Notes: a model not told the origin generated them from the sequence alone. A DNA stretch of 18,683 nucleotides from a virus (IMGVR_UViG_2703718816_000002:1-18683); one strand, 5' to 3'. Shown: positions 7,172 to 15,135, numbered from the stretch's first letter. A program made the numbers and translations.

Positions 7172-8071
7172 ATGACAAATACAGCAAAAATACTCAACTT
7201 CGGCAGAGGTAACTTTGCCGAACAGGAGCGTAATGTGGCAGATCTCGATGATGGTTACGCCAGACTATCAAATATGCTGCTTGAGGCTTATTCAGGCGCA
7301 GATCTGACCAAGCGACAGTTTAAAGTGCTGCTTGCCATTCTGCGTAAAACCTATGGGTGGAATAAACCAATGGACAGAATCACCGATTCTCAACTTAGCG
7401 AGATTACAAAGTTACCCGTCAAACGGTGCAATGAAGCCAAGTTAGAACTCGTCAGAATGAATATTATCAAGCAGCAAGGCGGCATGTTTGGACCAAATAA
7501 AAACACCTCAGAATGGTGCATCCCTCAAAACGAGGGAAAATCCCCTAAAACGAGGGATAAAACATCCCTCAAATTAGGGGATTGCTATCCCTCAAAACAG
7601 GGGGACACAAAAGACACTATTACAAAAGAAAAAAGAAAAGATTATTCGTCCGAGAATTCTGGCGAATCCTCTGACCAGCCAGAAAACGATCTTTCTGTGG
7701 TTAAACCGGATGCTGCAATTCAGAGCGGCAGCAAGTGGGGAACAGCAGAAGACCTGACCGCCGCAGAGTGGATGTTTGACATGGTGAAGACCATCGCACC
7801 ATCAGCCAGAAAACCGAATTTTGCAGGGTGGGCTAACGATATCCGCCTGATGCGTGAACGTGACGGACGTAACCACCGCGACATGTGCGTGCTGTTCCGC
7901 TGGGCATGCCAGGACAACTTCTGGTCCGGTAACGTGCTAAGTCCGGCCAAACTCCGCGACAAGTGGACCCAACTCGAAATCAACCGTAACAAGCAACAGG
8001 CTGGCGTGACAGCTGGAAAACCAAAACTCGACCTGACAAACACTGACTGGATTTACGGGGTGGATTTATGA
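7172..8071 (+). CDS. O: replication initiator O, lambda type
   Basis: 299 aa, MTNTAKILNFGRGNFAEQERNVADLDDGYARLSNMLLEAYSGADLTKRQFKVLLAILRKTYGWNKPMDRITD... as in lambda O (recalled). Contains the iteron array internally. RBS CAGGAG. Confidence 0.95.
   Translation: MTNTAKILNFGRGNFAEQERNVADLDDGYARLSNMLLEAYSGADLTKRQFKVLLAILRKTYGWNKPMDRITDSQLSEITKLPVKRCNEAKLELVRMNIIKQQGGMFGPNKNTSEWCIPQNEGKSPKTRDKTSLKLGDCYPSKQGDTKDTITKEKRKDYSSENSGESSDQPENDLSVVKPDAAIQSGSKWGTAEDLTAAEWMFDMVKTIAPSARKPNFAGWANDIRLMRERDGRNHRDMCVLFRWACQDNFWSGNVLSPAKLRDKWTQLEINRNKQQAGVTAGKPKLDLTNTDWIYGVDL
7520..7645 (+). repeat. ori-lambda-type origin: four iterons plus AT-rich tract inside O
   Basis: Iterons TCCCTCAAAACGAGGGA (7521-7537), TCCCCTAAAACGAGGGA (7541-7557), TCCCTCAAATTAGGGGA (7565-7581), TCCCTCAAAACAGGGGGA (7588-7605), each internally palindromic, followed by an A-rich tract to about 7645. 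Confidence 0.85.
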
Positions 8072-8769
8072 AAAACATCGCCGCACAGATGGTTAACTTT
8101 GACCGTGAGCAGATGCGTCGGATCGCCAACAACATGCCGGAACAGTACGACGAAAAGCCGCAGGTACAACAGGTAGCGCAGATCATCAACGGTGTGTTCA
8201 GCCAGTTACTGGCAACTTTCCCGGCGAGTCTGGCTAACCGGGACCAGAACGAACTGAATGAAATCCGCCGCCAGTGGGTTCTGGCTTTCCGGGAAAACGG
8301 GATCACCTCGATGGAACAGGTTAACGCAGGAATGCGCGTAGCCCGTCGGCAGAATCGACCATTTCTTCCATCACCCGGGCAGTTTGTTGCATGGTGCCGG
8401 GAAGAAGCATCCGTTATCGCCGGACTGCCAAACGTCAGCGAGCTGGTTGATATGGTTTACGAGTATTGCCGGAAGCGTGGCCTGTATCCGGATGCAGAGT
8501 CTTATCCGTGGAAATCAAACGCGCACTACTGGCTGGTTACCAACCTGTACCAGAACATGCGGGCCAATGCGCTGACTGACGCGGAATTACGGCGCAAGGC
8601 TGCCGATGAACTGACCTGTATGACAGCACGAATTAACCGTGGTGAGACGATACCTGAACCAGTAAAACAACTTCCTGTCATGGGCGGCAGACCTCTAAAT
8701 CGAGCACAGGCTCTGGCGAAGATCGTAGAAATCAAAGCTAAGTTCGGACTGAAAGGAGCCAGTGTATGA
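8068..8769 (+). CDS. P: replication protein P (DnaB helicase loader), lambda type
   Basis: 233 aa, start overlaps the O stop (ATGA). MKNIAAQMVNFDREQMRRIANNMPEQYDEK... matches lambda P as recalled. Confidence 0.93.
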   Translation: MKNIAAQMVNFDREQMRRIANNMPEQYDEKPQVQQVAQIINGVFSQLLATFPASLANRDQNELNEIRRQWVLAFRENGITSMEQVNAGMRVARRQNRPFLPSPGQFVAWCREEASVIAGLPNVSELVDMVYEYCRKRGLYPDAESYPWKSNAHYWLVTNLYQNMRANALTDAELRRKAADELTCMTARINRGETIPEPVKQLPVMGGRPLNRAQALAKIVEIKAKFGLKGASV

Positions 8770-9056
8770 CAGGCAAAGAGGCAATTCTTCATTACCTGGG
8801 GACTCATAAGAACTTCTGTGCACAGGACGTTTCCGCGGTAACAGGCGCAACCGTAACCAGCATAAATCAGGCTGCGGCTAAAATGGCGCGGGCAGGAATC
8901 CTGGTCATTGATGGTAAGGTCTGGCGAACGGTGTATTACCGGTTTGCTACCAGGGAAGAACGGGAAGGAAAGGTGAGCACGAACCTGATTTTTAAGGAGT
9001 GTCGCCAGAGTGCAGTGATGAAACGGGTATTGGCGGTATATGGAGTTAAAAGATGA
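8766..9056 (+). CDS. ren: Ren protein, lambda type
   Basis: 96 aa, start overlaps the P stop. MTGKEAILHYLGTHKNFCAQDVSAVTGATVTSINQAAAKMARAGILVIDG... matches lambda Ren as recalled. Confidence 0.85.
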   Translation: MTGKEAILHYLGTHKNFCAQDVSAVTGATVTSINQAAAKMARAGILVIDGKVWRTVYYRFATREEREGKVSTNLIFKECRQSAVMKRVLAVYGVKR

Positions 9057-9082
9057 CCATCTACATCACTGAGCTTGTAACA

Positions 9083-9113
9083 GGCCTGCTGGTAATCGCA
9101 GGCCTTTTTATTT
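9083..9113 (+). terminator. Rho-independent terminator (tR2-like) downstream of ren
   Basis: GGCCTGC tggtaatc GCAGGCC (7-bp stem, 8-nt loop) followed by TTTTTATTT. Confidence 0.7.
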
Positions 9114-9141
9114 GGGGGAGAGTAATTGGAGGATTTAAGAA

Positions 9142-9357
9142 ATGAGTACGATAGCTGAGCTTGTCAGGGCTAATTTTCGTGAAGAGTTGGTGCGTTGGTA
9201 TCGGTATCGTTCATCGTCAAGTTTGCCGCTTGATGAGTTGTATGAGCATTCACCTGCCGCACGACGCTATCCGCGTGACCGTGTTCTTCGGCGGTTGTTC
9301 AGACTCAACAATGAGTTTCAGCGCAACAGAATAATCCGGAGTCTGGATTTAAAGTGA
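9142..9357 (+). CDS. hypothetical arginine-rich small protein (71 aa)
   Basis: ORF-track 9142..9357. ATG with GGAGGA 8 nt upstream. Lies between the tR2-like terminator and ninB. No family recognised. Confidence 0.5.
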   Translation: MSTIAELVRANFREELVRWYRYRSSSSLPLDELYEHSPAARRYPRDRVLRRLFRLNNEFQRNRIIRSLDLK

Positions 9358-9367
9358 AGGAGTGAGC

Positions 9368-9550
9368 ATGAGCGAGCAAATATTCAGAGAGATTAAGCCA
9401 CGGTTTTATCGCAAGGTAAGGGTAGTTTATCAGGACGAAAACAAGACCTGTGCATACGCCATTCATAATGGTCGGTGGTCAGTGTTCGACACCAAAAACT
9501 TCGAGAAGAACTTCGAGAGGATTAAGGGTGATGAGGAAACTAACATTTGA
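9368..9550 (+). CDS. hypothetical small protein (60 aa)
   Basis: The ORF track starts at a GTG at 9362; the ATG at 9368 has AAGGAG 5 nt upstream. 3' end overlaps the ninB start by about 20 nt. No family recognised. Confidence 0.4.
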   Translation: MSEQIFREIKPRFYRKVRVVYQDENKTCAYAIHNGRWSVFDTKNFEKNFERIKGDEETNI

Positions 9551-9971
9551 ACTAAGAAGCCCCATCCATCAGCAGAACGCCATTCAAGCTATCCAGCAAA
9601 TCCTTCCAGACCCAACCAAACCAATCGTAGTAAGCATTCAGGAACGCAACCGCAGCTTAGACCAGAATCGAAAGCTTTGGGCTTGCCTTGGTGACGTCTC
9701 TCGTCAGGTTGAATGGCATGGGCGCTGGCTGGATGCAGAAAGCTGGAAGTGTGTGTTTACCGCAGCATTAAAGCAGCAGGATGTTGTTCCTAACCTTGCC
9801 GGGAATGGCTTTGTGGTAATAGGCCAGTCAACCAGCAGGATGCGTGTAAGCGAATTTGCGGAGCTATTAGAGCTTATACAGGCATTCGGTACAGAGCGTG
9901 GCGTTAAGTGGTCAGACGAAGCGCGACTGGCTCTCGAATGGAAAGCGCGATGGGGAGATCGGGCTGCATGA
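9531..9971 (+). CDS. ninB: NinB (Orf-family recombination mediator)
   Basis: The ORF track extends upstream to 9450; starting at the ATG at 9531 gives 146 aa, MRKLTFELRSPIHQQNAIQAIQQILPDPTKPIVVSIQERNRSLDQNRKLWACLGDVSRQVEWHGRWLDAESWK..., matching lambda NinB as recalled. Confidence 0.9.
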   Translation: MRKLTFELRSPIHQQNAIQAIQQILPDPTKPIVVSIQERNRSLDQNRKLWACLGDVSRQVEWHGRWLDAESWKCVFTAALKQQDVVPNLAGNGFVVIGQSTSRMRVSEFAELLELIQAFGTERGVKWSDEARLALEWKARWGDRAA

Positions 9972-10495
9972 CTATCAAATCAAATACGCCAGCACACGAC
10001 AAGGACTGCTGGCAAACGCCGCTTTGGCTTTTTGATGCACTGGATATTGAGTTTGGATTCTGGCTGGATTCGGCAGCGAGCGACAAAAATGCTCTGTGCG
10101 CTCACTGGTTAACTGAGGCCGACGACGCGCTAAATTCTGAGTGGATAAGCCACGGTGCAATCTGGAATAACCCGCCGTACAGCAATATCAGGCCGTGGGT
10201 GGAAAAAGCCGCTGAGCAGTGCATACAACAACGACAGACGGTAGTGATGCTTGTGCCAGAGGATATGTCTGTCGGATGGTTCAGTAAGGCTCTGGAGAGT
10301 GTTGACGAAGTTCGCATCATCACTGATGGACGGATTAATTTTATCGAACCATCGACAGGGCTGGAGAAGAAGGGAAACAGCAAAGGTTCCATGCTGCTGA
10401 TTTGGCGACCGTTCATCAGTCCTCGACGGATGTTTACTACCGTATCCAAAGCGGCATTGATGGCGATCGGGCAGGGCGTCAGGAGGGCGGCATGA
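9968..10495 (+). CDS. phage DNA N6-adenine methyltransferase (Dam-type, NPPY motif)
   Basis: The ORF track starts at 9908; the ATG at 9968 overlaps the ninB stop (ATGA) and gives 175 aa. Contains [12 protein letters not shown] and the catalytic-type motif NPPYS, typical of the phage Dam family found in nin regions. Confidence 0.8.
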   Translation: MTIKSNTPAHDKDCWQTPLWLFDALDIEFGFWLDSAASDKNALCAHWLTEADDALNSEWISHGAIWNNPPYSNIRPWVEKAAEQCIQQRQTVVMLVPEDMSVGWFSKALESVDEVRIITDGRINFIEPSTGLEKKGNSKGSMLLIWRPFISPRRMFTTVSKAALMAIGQGVRRAA

Positions 10496-10683
10496 GGCGA
10501 CAGCGACGAAGTATCACCGACATCATCTGCGAAAACTGCAAATACCTTCCAACGAAACGCTCCAGAAATAAACGCAAGCCAATCCCAAAAGAATCTGACG
10601 TAAAAACCTTCAATTACACGGCTCACCTGTGGGATATCAGGTGGCTAAGACATCGTGCGAGGAAAACAAGGGGATTGACGTGA
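10492..10683 (+). CDS. ninE: NinE
   Basis: The ORF track starts at 10402; the ATG at 10492 overlaps the methyltransferase stop (ATGA). [60 protein letters not shown] matches lambda NinE as recalled. Confidence 0.85.
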   Translation: MRRQRRSITDIICENCKYLPTKRSRNKRKPIPKESDVKTFNYTAHLWDIRWLRHRARKTRGLT

Positions 10684-10766
10684 TGATTTATCCGGGGCTA
10701 TATTCCTCACACGCCAGCAAAATCTGGCGTCGGGATTAGCACCCCGGATGTTTACGGAGCGATATG

Positions 10767-10788
10767 AGACGCGCCCGCGTCTTTTTTC
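10767..10788 (+). terminator. candidate Rho-independent terminator in the nin region
   Basis: AGACGC gccc GCGTCT (6-bp stem, 4-nt loop) followed by TTTTTT. Confidence 0.55.
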
Positions 10789-10951
10789 ATATCGTTTGCA
10801 CAGTCACATTCGCGATTTATGGCGGGCTGTGTGGGGGAGCCGAAAGGCTCGCCGGTTTCCGTACCCGGTAGTGCTAACCCCGCACAGTTCGCCACCATGA
10901 TGATTAGCACCTGACGGTGGCGATAATGTCCAAATGTACGGAGTTATCGTT

Positions 10952-11656
10952 ATGGCCACTCAGATTTCTGTCGAAACTCTTTCCCCAATTACACACAACC
11001 AAATTCCCGTTATCACTACCGAGTTACTGGCACAGCTTTACTGTACCGAGATCAACAACATCAAAGTAAATTACACCCGTAATTCCGAGCGTTTTGTTGA
11101 GGGTAAACACTTTTTCAAGGTTGTTGGTGATGAGTTGAAAATTTTGCGGGTTACTTTAAGTAACTCACAAAATTTGCAACCATCTTTAAGAGGGTTACAA
11201 ATTTCCCCGAAAGCCCGCTCCCTCATCCTCTGGACAGAACGCGGAGCAGCCCGTCACGCCAAAATGCTCGAAACCGATCAGGCGTGGGAAGTGTTCGAAA
11301 AACTGGAAGACTGCTATTTTAGCCAGTGCGAGAAAAATACTGGCAAACAAGAGAAGAAGCTCAACGGGCTTTCCGCAAAAGAAACAGACAGCCTTGTATG
11401 GCTGTGGGATTATGCTAACCGCTCACAGGCATTATTCCGCGAATTGTATCCAGCGCTAAAGCAAATTCAATCGAACTATTCCGGCAGATGTTACGACTAC
11501 GGTCATGAGTTCTCGTATGTTATTGGAATGGCGAGAGACGTTTTAATCAATCACACACGAGATGTTGATATTAATGAGCCAGACGGACCAACGAATCTTT
11601 CCGCATGGGTAAGGCTTAAGAACAAAGAATTACCTCCTTCACTACATCGCTACTGA
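10952..11656 (+). CDS. ORF6N-domain phage protein (antirepressor-like)
   Basis: The ORF track starts at 10934; the second in-frame ATG at 10952 has GGAG 8 nt upstream. The N-terminal half ([46 protein letters not shown]...[32 protein letters not shown]) has the pattern I associate with the ORF6N / KilA-N-like domain. Assignment by recollection. Confidence 0.55.
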   Translation: MATQISVETLSPITHNQIPVITTELLAQLYCTEINNIKVNYTRNSERFVEGKHFFKVVGDELKILRVTLSNSQNLQPSLRGLQISPKARSLILWTERGAARHAKMLETDQAWEVFEKLEDCYFSQCEKNTGKQEKKLNGLSAKETDSLVWLWDYANRSQALFRELYPALKQIQSNYSGRCYDYGHEFSYVIGMARDVLINHTRDVDINEPDGPTNLSAWVRLKNKELPPSLHRY

Positions 11657-11673
11657 CAATTGACAACTTAACA

Positions 11674-11699
11674 AACCCAGCTTCGGCTGGGTTTTTTAT
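11674..11699 (+). terminator. strong Rho-independent terminator with a UUCG tetraloop
   Basis: AACCCAGC ttcg GCTGGGTT (8-bp stem, UUCG loop) followed by a T-run and ATT. Confidence 0.8.
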
Positions 11700-11724
11700 T
11701 GGTGAATTTTCAATATGAGAGGAC

Positions 11725-12453
11725 ATGACAATGAACGAGCTGATAAATAGCAACGTCATCAAAATGACCAGCATTGAAATCTCTGAGCTTACAGGTAAGC
11801 GTCATGACAATGTGAAACGTACTATCGAAATGCTGGCTAAAAATGGTGTTATCCGACATCCTCAAATTGAGGATTGTGGAAGAATCAATGGGTTAGGCTT
11901 AAATCAAAGTTTTCGTGTGTATGTATTCGAAGGCGAACAAGGTAAGCGAGACAGCATTATTGTCGTTGCCCAGTTGTCGCCGGAATTCACCGCTCGTCTT
12001 GTTGACCGTTGGCGAGAGCTTGAAGACGCTGCGGTTAATATCCCCAAAACTCTACCAGAAGCGTTGCGCCTTGCTGCTGATCTTGCTGAGCAGAAAATGC
12101 AACTGGAAAACCAGCTCGCAATTGCCGCACCTAAAGTTGAGTTTGCCGATCGCGTTGGCGAGGCCAGCGGAATTTTGATTGGAAACTATGCAAAGGTTGT
12201 TGGTATTGGTCCAAACAAACTGTTTGCGTGGATGCGCGAACACAAAATCCTTATTGCTTCAGGTTCCCGGTGCAATGTGCCAATGCAGGAATATATGGAT
12301 CGCGGCTATTTCACAGTGAAAGAAACAGCGGTCAATACAAATCACGGAATACAGATATCGTTCACCACAAAAATCACCGGGCGTGGTCAACAGTGGCTGA
12401 CCAGAAAGCTGCTCGATAACGGAATGCTGAAAGTAACAGGGGAGGCTGCTTAA
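11725..12453 (+). CDS. phage antirepressor: Rha-family N-terminal domain plus KilAC-type C-terminal domain
   Basis: 242 aa. N-terminal SIEISELTGKRHDNVKRTIEMLAKNG is Rha-like; C-terminal GNYAKVVGIGPNKLFAWMREHKILIASGSR is KilAC-like. Start could be 11725 or the ATG at 11731; the GAGAGGA RBS favours 11731. Confidence 0.75.
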   Translation: MTMNELINSNVIKMTSIEISELTGKRHDNVKRTIEMLAKNGVIRHPQIEDCGRINGLGLNQSFRVYVFEGEQGKRDSIIVVAQLSPEFTARLVDRWRELEDAAVNIPKTLPEALRLAADLAEQKMQLENQLAIAAPKVEFADRVGEASGILIGNYAKVVGIGPNKLFAWMREHKILIASGSRCNVPMQEYMDRGYFTVKETAVNTNHGIQISFTTKITGRGQQWLTRKLLDNGMLKVTGEAA

Positions 12454-12743
12454 TGGCTAACCTACGCAAAGAAGCGCGCGGCAGAGAATGCCAGGTACGT
12501 ATTTACGGCGTATGCAATGGAAACCCTGAAACTACAGTTCTGGCACATTACCGGATGGCTGGAATTTGCGGAATGGGAATGAAGCCTGACGACCTGATCG
12601 GCGCATGGGCTTGTAGCGCGTGTCACGATGAAATCGACCGACGCACCCATAACCTCGACAACAAAGACGCCAGACTTTACCACCTTGAAGGCGTGATCAG
12701 GACGCAGGCGATACTGCTGAAGGAGGGGAAGATTAAGCCATGA
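12453..12743 (+). CDS. ybcO: YbcO-like (DUF1364) putative nuclease
   Basis: 96 aa. MANLRKEARGRECQVRIYGVCNGNPETTVLAHYR...ACSACHDEIDRRTH parallels E. coli YbcO as recalled. Start overlaps the antirepressor stop; GGGGAGG RBS. Confidence 0.7.
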   Translation: MANLRKEARGRECQVRIYGVCNGNPETTVLAHYRMAGICGMGMKPDDLIGAWACSACHDEIDRRTHNLDNKDARLYHLEGVIRTQAILLKEGKIKP

Positions 12744-13102
12744 ACGAATATCAGTTTGTGCTTCCATATCCGCCGTCGCTGAACACCTACTGGCGAAGAC
12801 GGGGAAGCCAATACTACATCAGCGATAAAGGCCAGAAATACCGAAAAGACGTTCAGCAAATCATCCGCCAACTCAAGTTAGACATTTTCACCAAATCACG
12901 ACTCCGTATCAAAGTCATCGCAGACGTTCCAGACTCCCGCCGCCGCGACCTCGACAACATCCTGAAAGGTTTACTCGACTCCCTTATCCACGCCGGATTT
13001 GCGGAAGACGACGAGCAATTCGATGACATTCGCGTAATTCGTGGTGTGAAAGTATCAGGTGGGAGGCTTGGAATAAAAATCACAGAACTGGAGTGCGCAT
13101 GA
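12740..13102 (+). CDS. rusA: RusA-family Holliday junction resolvase
   Basis: 120 aa. LPYPPSLNTYWRRRG, the catalytic-region motif RRRDLDN and C-terminal GGRLGIKITELE parallel E. coli RusA as recalled. Start overlaps the ybcO-like stop (ATGA). Confidence 0.85.
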   Translation: MNEYQFVLPYPPSLNTYWRRRGSQYYISDKGQKYRKDVQQIIRQLKLDIFTKSRLRIKVIADVPDSRRRDLDNILKGLLDSLIHAGFAEDDEQFDDIRVIRGVKVSGGRLGIKITELECA

Positions 13103-13764
13103 ATAACCAGTATTTACAGTTTGTGCGTGAGCAGCTCATTATCGCTACCGCTGATTTGAGTGGGGCAACAAAAGGTCAGCTTGAAGCCTGGCAAGAGAAT
13201 GCCATGTTCGATACAGGGCGTTACAGGCGAAAAAAAATCCGGTACCGCGATGAAGTGACTGGAAAAATGATAACGCGGGATAATCCACCAATCCCGGGGA
13301 AGCAATCGCTGGCGAAGGGGACGTCAATTCCTCTGGTCAGTCCGGTTGAGTTTTCGACATCATCGTGGCGGCGGGCTGTTCTGTCTCTTGAAGAACATCA
13401 TAAAGCTTGGTTGTTGTGGTGTTACAGCGAGAGCATTTGTTGGGAATATCAGATCGCGATAACACAGTGGGCGTGGAATGAATTTAATACTCAATCCGGT
13501 ACCAGAAAAATTGCAGGGAAAACGCAGGAACGCCTGAAAAAATTAATCTGGCTGGCGGCGCAGGCAGTAAAAGCAGAACTTTTTGGTGGGGAAGGTTACG
13601 AATACCAGGAACTGGCGTTACTGGTGGGAGTAACAACCAAAAACTGGTCCAAGACATTTACTGGTCACTGGGTTGCAATGAAACACATTTTTCATCGGCT
13701 GGATAGTGAAGCTTTATTGTTGGTGGAGGGAACACGTTCAAAACAAAAGGCGGCATTTTCATAG
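13099..13764 (+). CDS. candidate late-gene antiterminator (Q-like) by position; family not recognised
   Basis: The ORF track starts at a GTG at 13093; the ATG at 13099 overlaps the rusA stop and has GGAG 6 nt upstream. 221 aa. Assigned only by synteny: last gene of the nin region, immediately upstream of a promoter plus short-transcript terminator. No similarity to lambda Q that I can see. Confidence 0.4.
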   Translation: MNNQYLQFVREQLIIATADLSGATKGQLEAWQENAMFDTGRYRRKKIRYRDEVTGKMITRDNPPIPGKQSLAKGTSIPLVSPVEFSTSSWRRAVLSLEEHHKAWLLWCYSESICWEYQIAITQWAWNEFNTQSGTRKIAGKTQERLKKLIWLAAQAVKAELFGGEGYEYQELALLVGVTTKNWSKTFTGHWVAMKHIFHRLDSEALLLVEGTRSKQKAAFS

Positions 13765-13780
13765 CAAAGTATTGCAAAAG

Positions 13781-13809
13781 TAGATAAAAAGGCATATATT
13801 TCGTGTAAA
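13781..13809 (+). promoter_or_regulatory. sigma70 promoter candidate (pR-prime-like late promoter)
   Basis: -35 TTGCAA (13781-13786), 17-bp spacer, -10 TATATT (13804-13809), 17 nt after the stop of the Q-like ORF. Confidence 0.5.
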
Positions 13810-13852
13810 TCTGATATTTTGCCGTTATTATACGTGATGGCAAAGCCACTAA

Positions 13853-13876
13853 AACCCGTGACCGAGCGGGTTTTTT
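13853..13876 (+). terminator. Rho-independent terminator (tR-prime-like), about 45-60 nt downstream of the promoter
   Basis: AACCCG tgaccgag CGGGTT with a run of six T. Promoter plus this terminator would give a short RNA of roughly 60 nt, as expected for a Q-antiterminated late unit. Confidence 0.6.
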
Positions 13877-13909
13877 ACCCCCAAAAAAATGGCATAGACA
13901 TTAAACGTG
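13865..13909 (+). repeat. copy 1 of a diverged ~45-bp direct repeat flanking the membrane-protein gene
   Basis: GAGCGGGTTTTTTACCCCCAAAAAAATGGCATAGACATTAAACGTG aligns with copy 2 at 14769-14814 at roughly 70% identity by eye. Copy 1 overlaps the tR-prime-like terminator. Confidence 0.6.
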
Positions 13910-13949
13910 ATGACGATTGTGCCAATACTTTCTCCATCAATGACGCCCC

Positions 13950-13979
13950 TTGACTGCATGGAATCCAATTTGTTATGTA
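13950..13979 (+). promoter_or_regulatory. sigma70 promoter candidate for the membrane-protein cargo gene
   Basis: -35 TTGACT (13950-13955), 18-bp spacer, -10 TATGTA (13974-13979) with a TG 2 nt upstream (extended -10 context). Confidence 0.4.
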
Positions 13980-14017
13980 ATGTGTGTTGATATTTTTGAG
14001 TTGTTAATGGTGTTACT

Positions 14018-14731
14018 ATGGATGACAGTGCTCTGTTCAGAAACTCTTCACTTTTTGTTGCTTATATGGGCTGTCTCGGATGGGGGAGCGCTTATTTCTA
14101 TGGATGGGGTACTTCATTTTACTATGGCTTTCCATGGTGGGTTGTCGGGGCTGGTGTCGATGATGTAGCACGAAGTTTGTTTTATGCTGTGACAGTTATC
14201 GTTATATTCCTTATTGGATGGGGAGTTGGTATTGTTTTCTTTTTGGGCATAAAACAAAAGCGCAATATACAAAATTTGAGTTTTATCCGGCTTTTTCTCG
14301 CGATATTGCTGCTTTTTATTCCACCTGTTCTGGAGTTTTCTGTAATTCATCAGCATGTTGAGCCAGATGTACTGATTTTCTGCGTTCTTGCTGCCTTTGC
14401 AATCACGCTTTTTGTCAGGTCTGGAAGAAGACTTGTTTCAGTCAAATGTTTTTCGGAAATGTCTGTTATTCGCCATCACCGAATTGAGTTCATGATGGCT
14501 GGGTTTATGATTTATTTCTGGGCATTCTCTCTTATTGCCGGTTGGTACAAACCACAGTTTAAGAGGGAATATCAGGCGGTCCACTATGAGAATGTATGGT
14601 ATTACATTATTGCGCGCTATGATGATCGTCTGGTGTTATCGAAATCATACAGGAGTGGGGGTAAGAAATTCGTTATATTTAATAGCGGAAATATTAATGA
14701 TTTTGAAATTAATACTGTCAGAGTACGTTAA
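14018..14731 (+). CDS. hypothetical polytopic inner-membrane protein (237 aa), AT-rich cargo gene
   Basis: ORF-track 14018..14731. At least five hydrophobic segments rich in Phe/Trp/Tyr (for example LFYAVTVIVIFLIGWGVGIVFFLGI, LSFIRLFLAILLLFIPPVLEFSVI, FMMAGFMIYFWAFSLIAGWY). Very AT-rich. Has its own promoter candidate and is bracketed by the diverged direct repeats. No family recognised. Confidence 0.6.
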   Translation: MDDSALFRNSSLFVAYMGCLGWGSAYFYGWGTSFYYGFPWWVVGAGVDDVARSLFYAVTVIVIFLIGWGVGIVFFLGIKQKRNIQNLSFIRLFLAILLLFIPPVLEFSVIHQHVEPDVLIFCVLAAFAITLFVRSGRRLVSVKCFSEMSVIRHHRIEFMMAGFMIYFWAFSLIAGWYKPQFKREYQAVHYENVWYYIIARYDDRLVLSKSYRSGGKKFVIFNSGNINDFEINTVRVR

Positions 14732-14768
14732 AATTTCCTGAGTAATAAAGATTTTACTGCCCGGCATT

Positions 14769-14814
14769 GAGCGGTTTTTTTATGCCAGAAAAATGGTGCA
14801 GTACATAAAATGTG
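14769..14814 (+). repeat. copy 2 of the diverged ~45-bp direct repeat
   Basis: GAGCGGTTTTTTTATGCCAGAAAAATGGTGCAGTACATAAAATGTG, 37 nt after the stop of the membrane-protein gene. Aligns with 13865-13909. Confidence 0.6.
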
Positions 14815-14904
14815 CAGGTGGTTATTAATACCGGTCTTTCAGCTTGCTGGCTTTTTTGACAAGAGTTATTGGTGTGTCACGTTAACCGGAAAAGGGAAAA
14901 AGAC

Positions 14905-15102
14905 ATGCTGAAACAGCAGGATATGACCGAAACTGCCAGAGTGGTGTTTAATGAATTAAGCGTCACCGAACCGGCGACAGTCGGGGAGATTGCGCAGAAT
15001 ACTTACCTTTCACGCGAACGCTGCCAGTTAATACTGACCCAGCTTGTTATGGCGGGTCTGGCAGACTATCAGTGCGGTTGTTACAGACGCCTTCAGTCCT
15101 GA
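14905..15102 (+). CDS. hypothetical small protein (65 aa), possible winged-helix DNA-binding fold
   Basis: The ORF track starts at a TTG at 14869; the first ATG is at 14905 with a weak purine-rich RBS. ATVGEIAQNTYLSRERCQLILTQLVMAGL looks like an HTH recognition helix. The stop lies inside the terminator hairpin. Confidence 0.4.
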   Translation: MLKQQDMTETARVVFNELSVTEPATVGEIAQNTYLSRERCQLILTQLVMAGLADYQCGCYRRLQS

Positions 15103-15115
15103 AGGCTTTTTATTT
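15089..15115 (+). terminator. Rho-independent terminator after the small ORF
   Basis: GCCTTCA gtcc TGAAGGC (7-bp stem, 4-nt loop) followed by TTTTTATTT. Confidence 0.6.
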
Positions 15116-15135
15116 GTGGTGAATGGGCGGCTGGT

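Noticed and set aside
6997-8807. ORFs 6997..7212(+), 7720..8043(-), 7980..8306(-), 8384..8575(+) and 8526..8807(-)
   Set aside because: They overlap the confidently identified cII, O and P genes in alternative frames; shadow ORFs.
9053-9145. 30-aa hydrophobic ORF (MTIYITELVTGLLVIAGLFIWGRVIGGFKK) overlapping the ren stop; briefly considered as a type I toxin-like peptide
   Set aside because: Its coding sequence is largely the tR2-like terminator hairpin and T-run. The hydrophobicity is explained by the GC-stem/T-run composition, and there is no antisense RNA signature.
9904-10626. Minus-strand ORFs 9904..10086, 9975..10160 and 10102..10626
   Set aside because: Antisense to the ninB, methyltransferase and ninE genes; no RBS; shadow ORFs.
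10684-10740. Possible degenerate ninF in the gap after ninE
   Set aside because: Only an 18-codon ORF ([18 protein letters not shown]) is present and I could not match it to NinF from memory.
11915-13849. ORFs 11915..12178, 12052..12243, 12228..12419, 12462..12767, 12677..12871, 12853..13083, 13114..13327 and 13658..13849
   Set aside because: They overlap the antirepressor, ybcO-like, rusA and Q-like genes in other frames or on the opposite strand; shadow ORFs.
13950-14741. ORFs 13950..14168(+), 14114..14356(-) and 14535..14741(+)
   Set aside because: Alternative-frame or antisense ORFs within the membrane-protein gene; the 237-aa frame has the coherent TM pattern.
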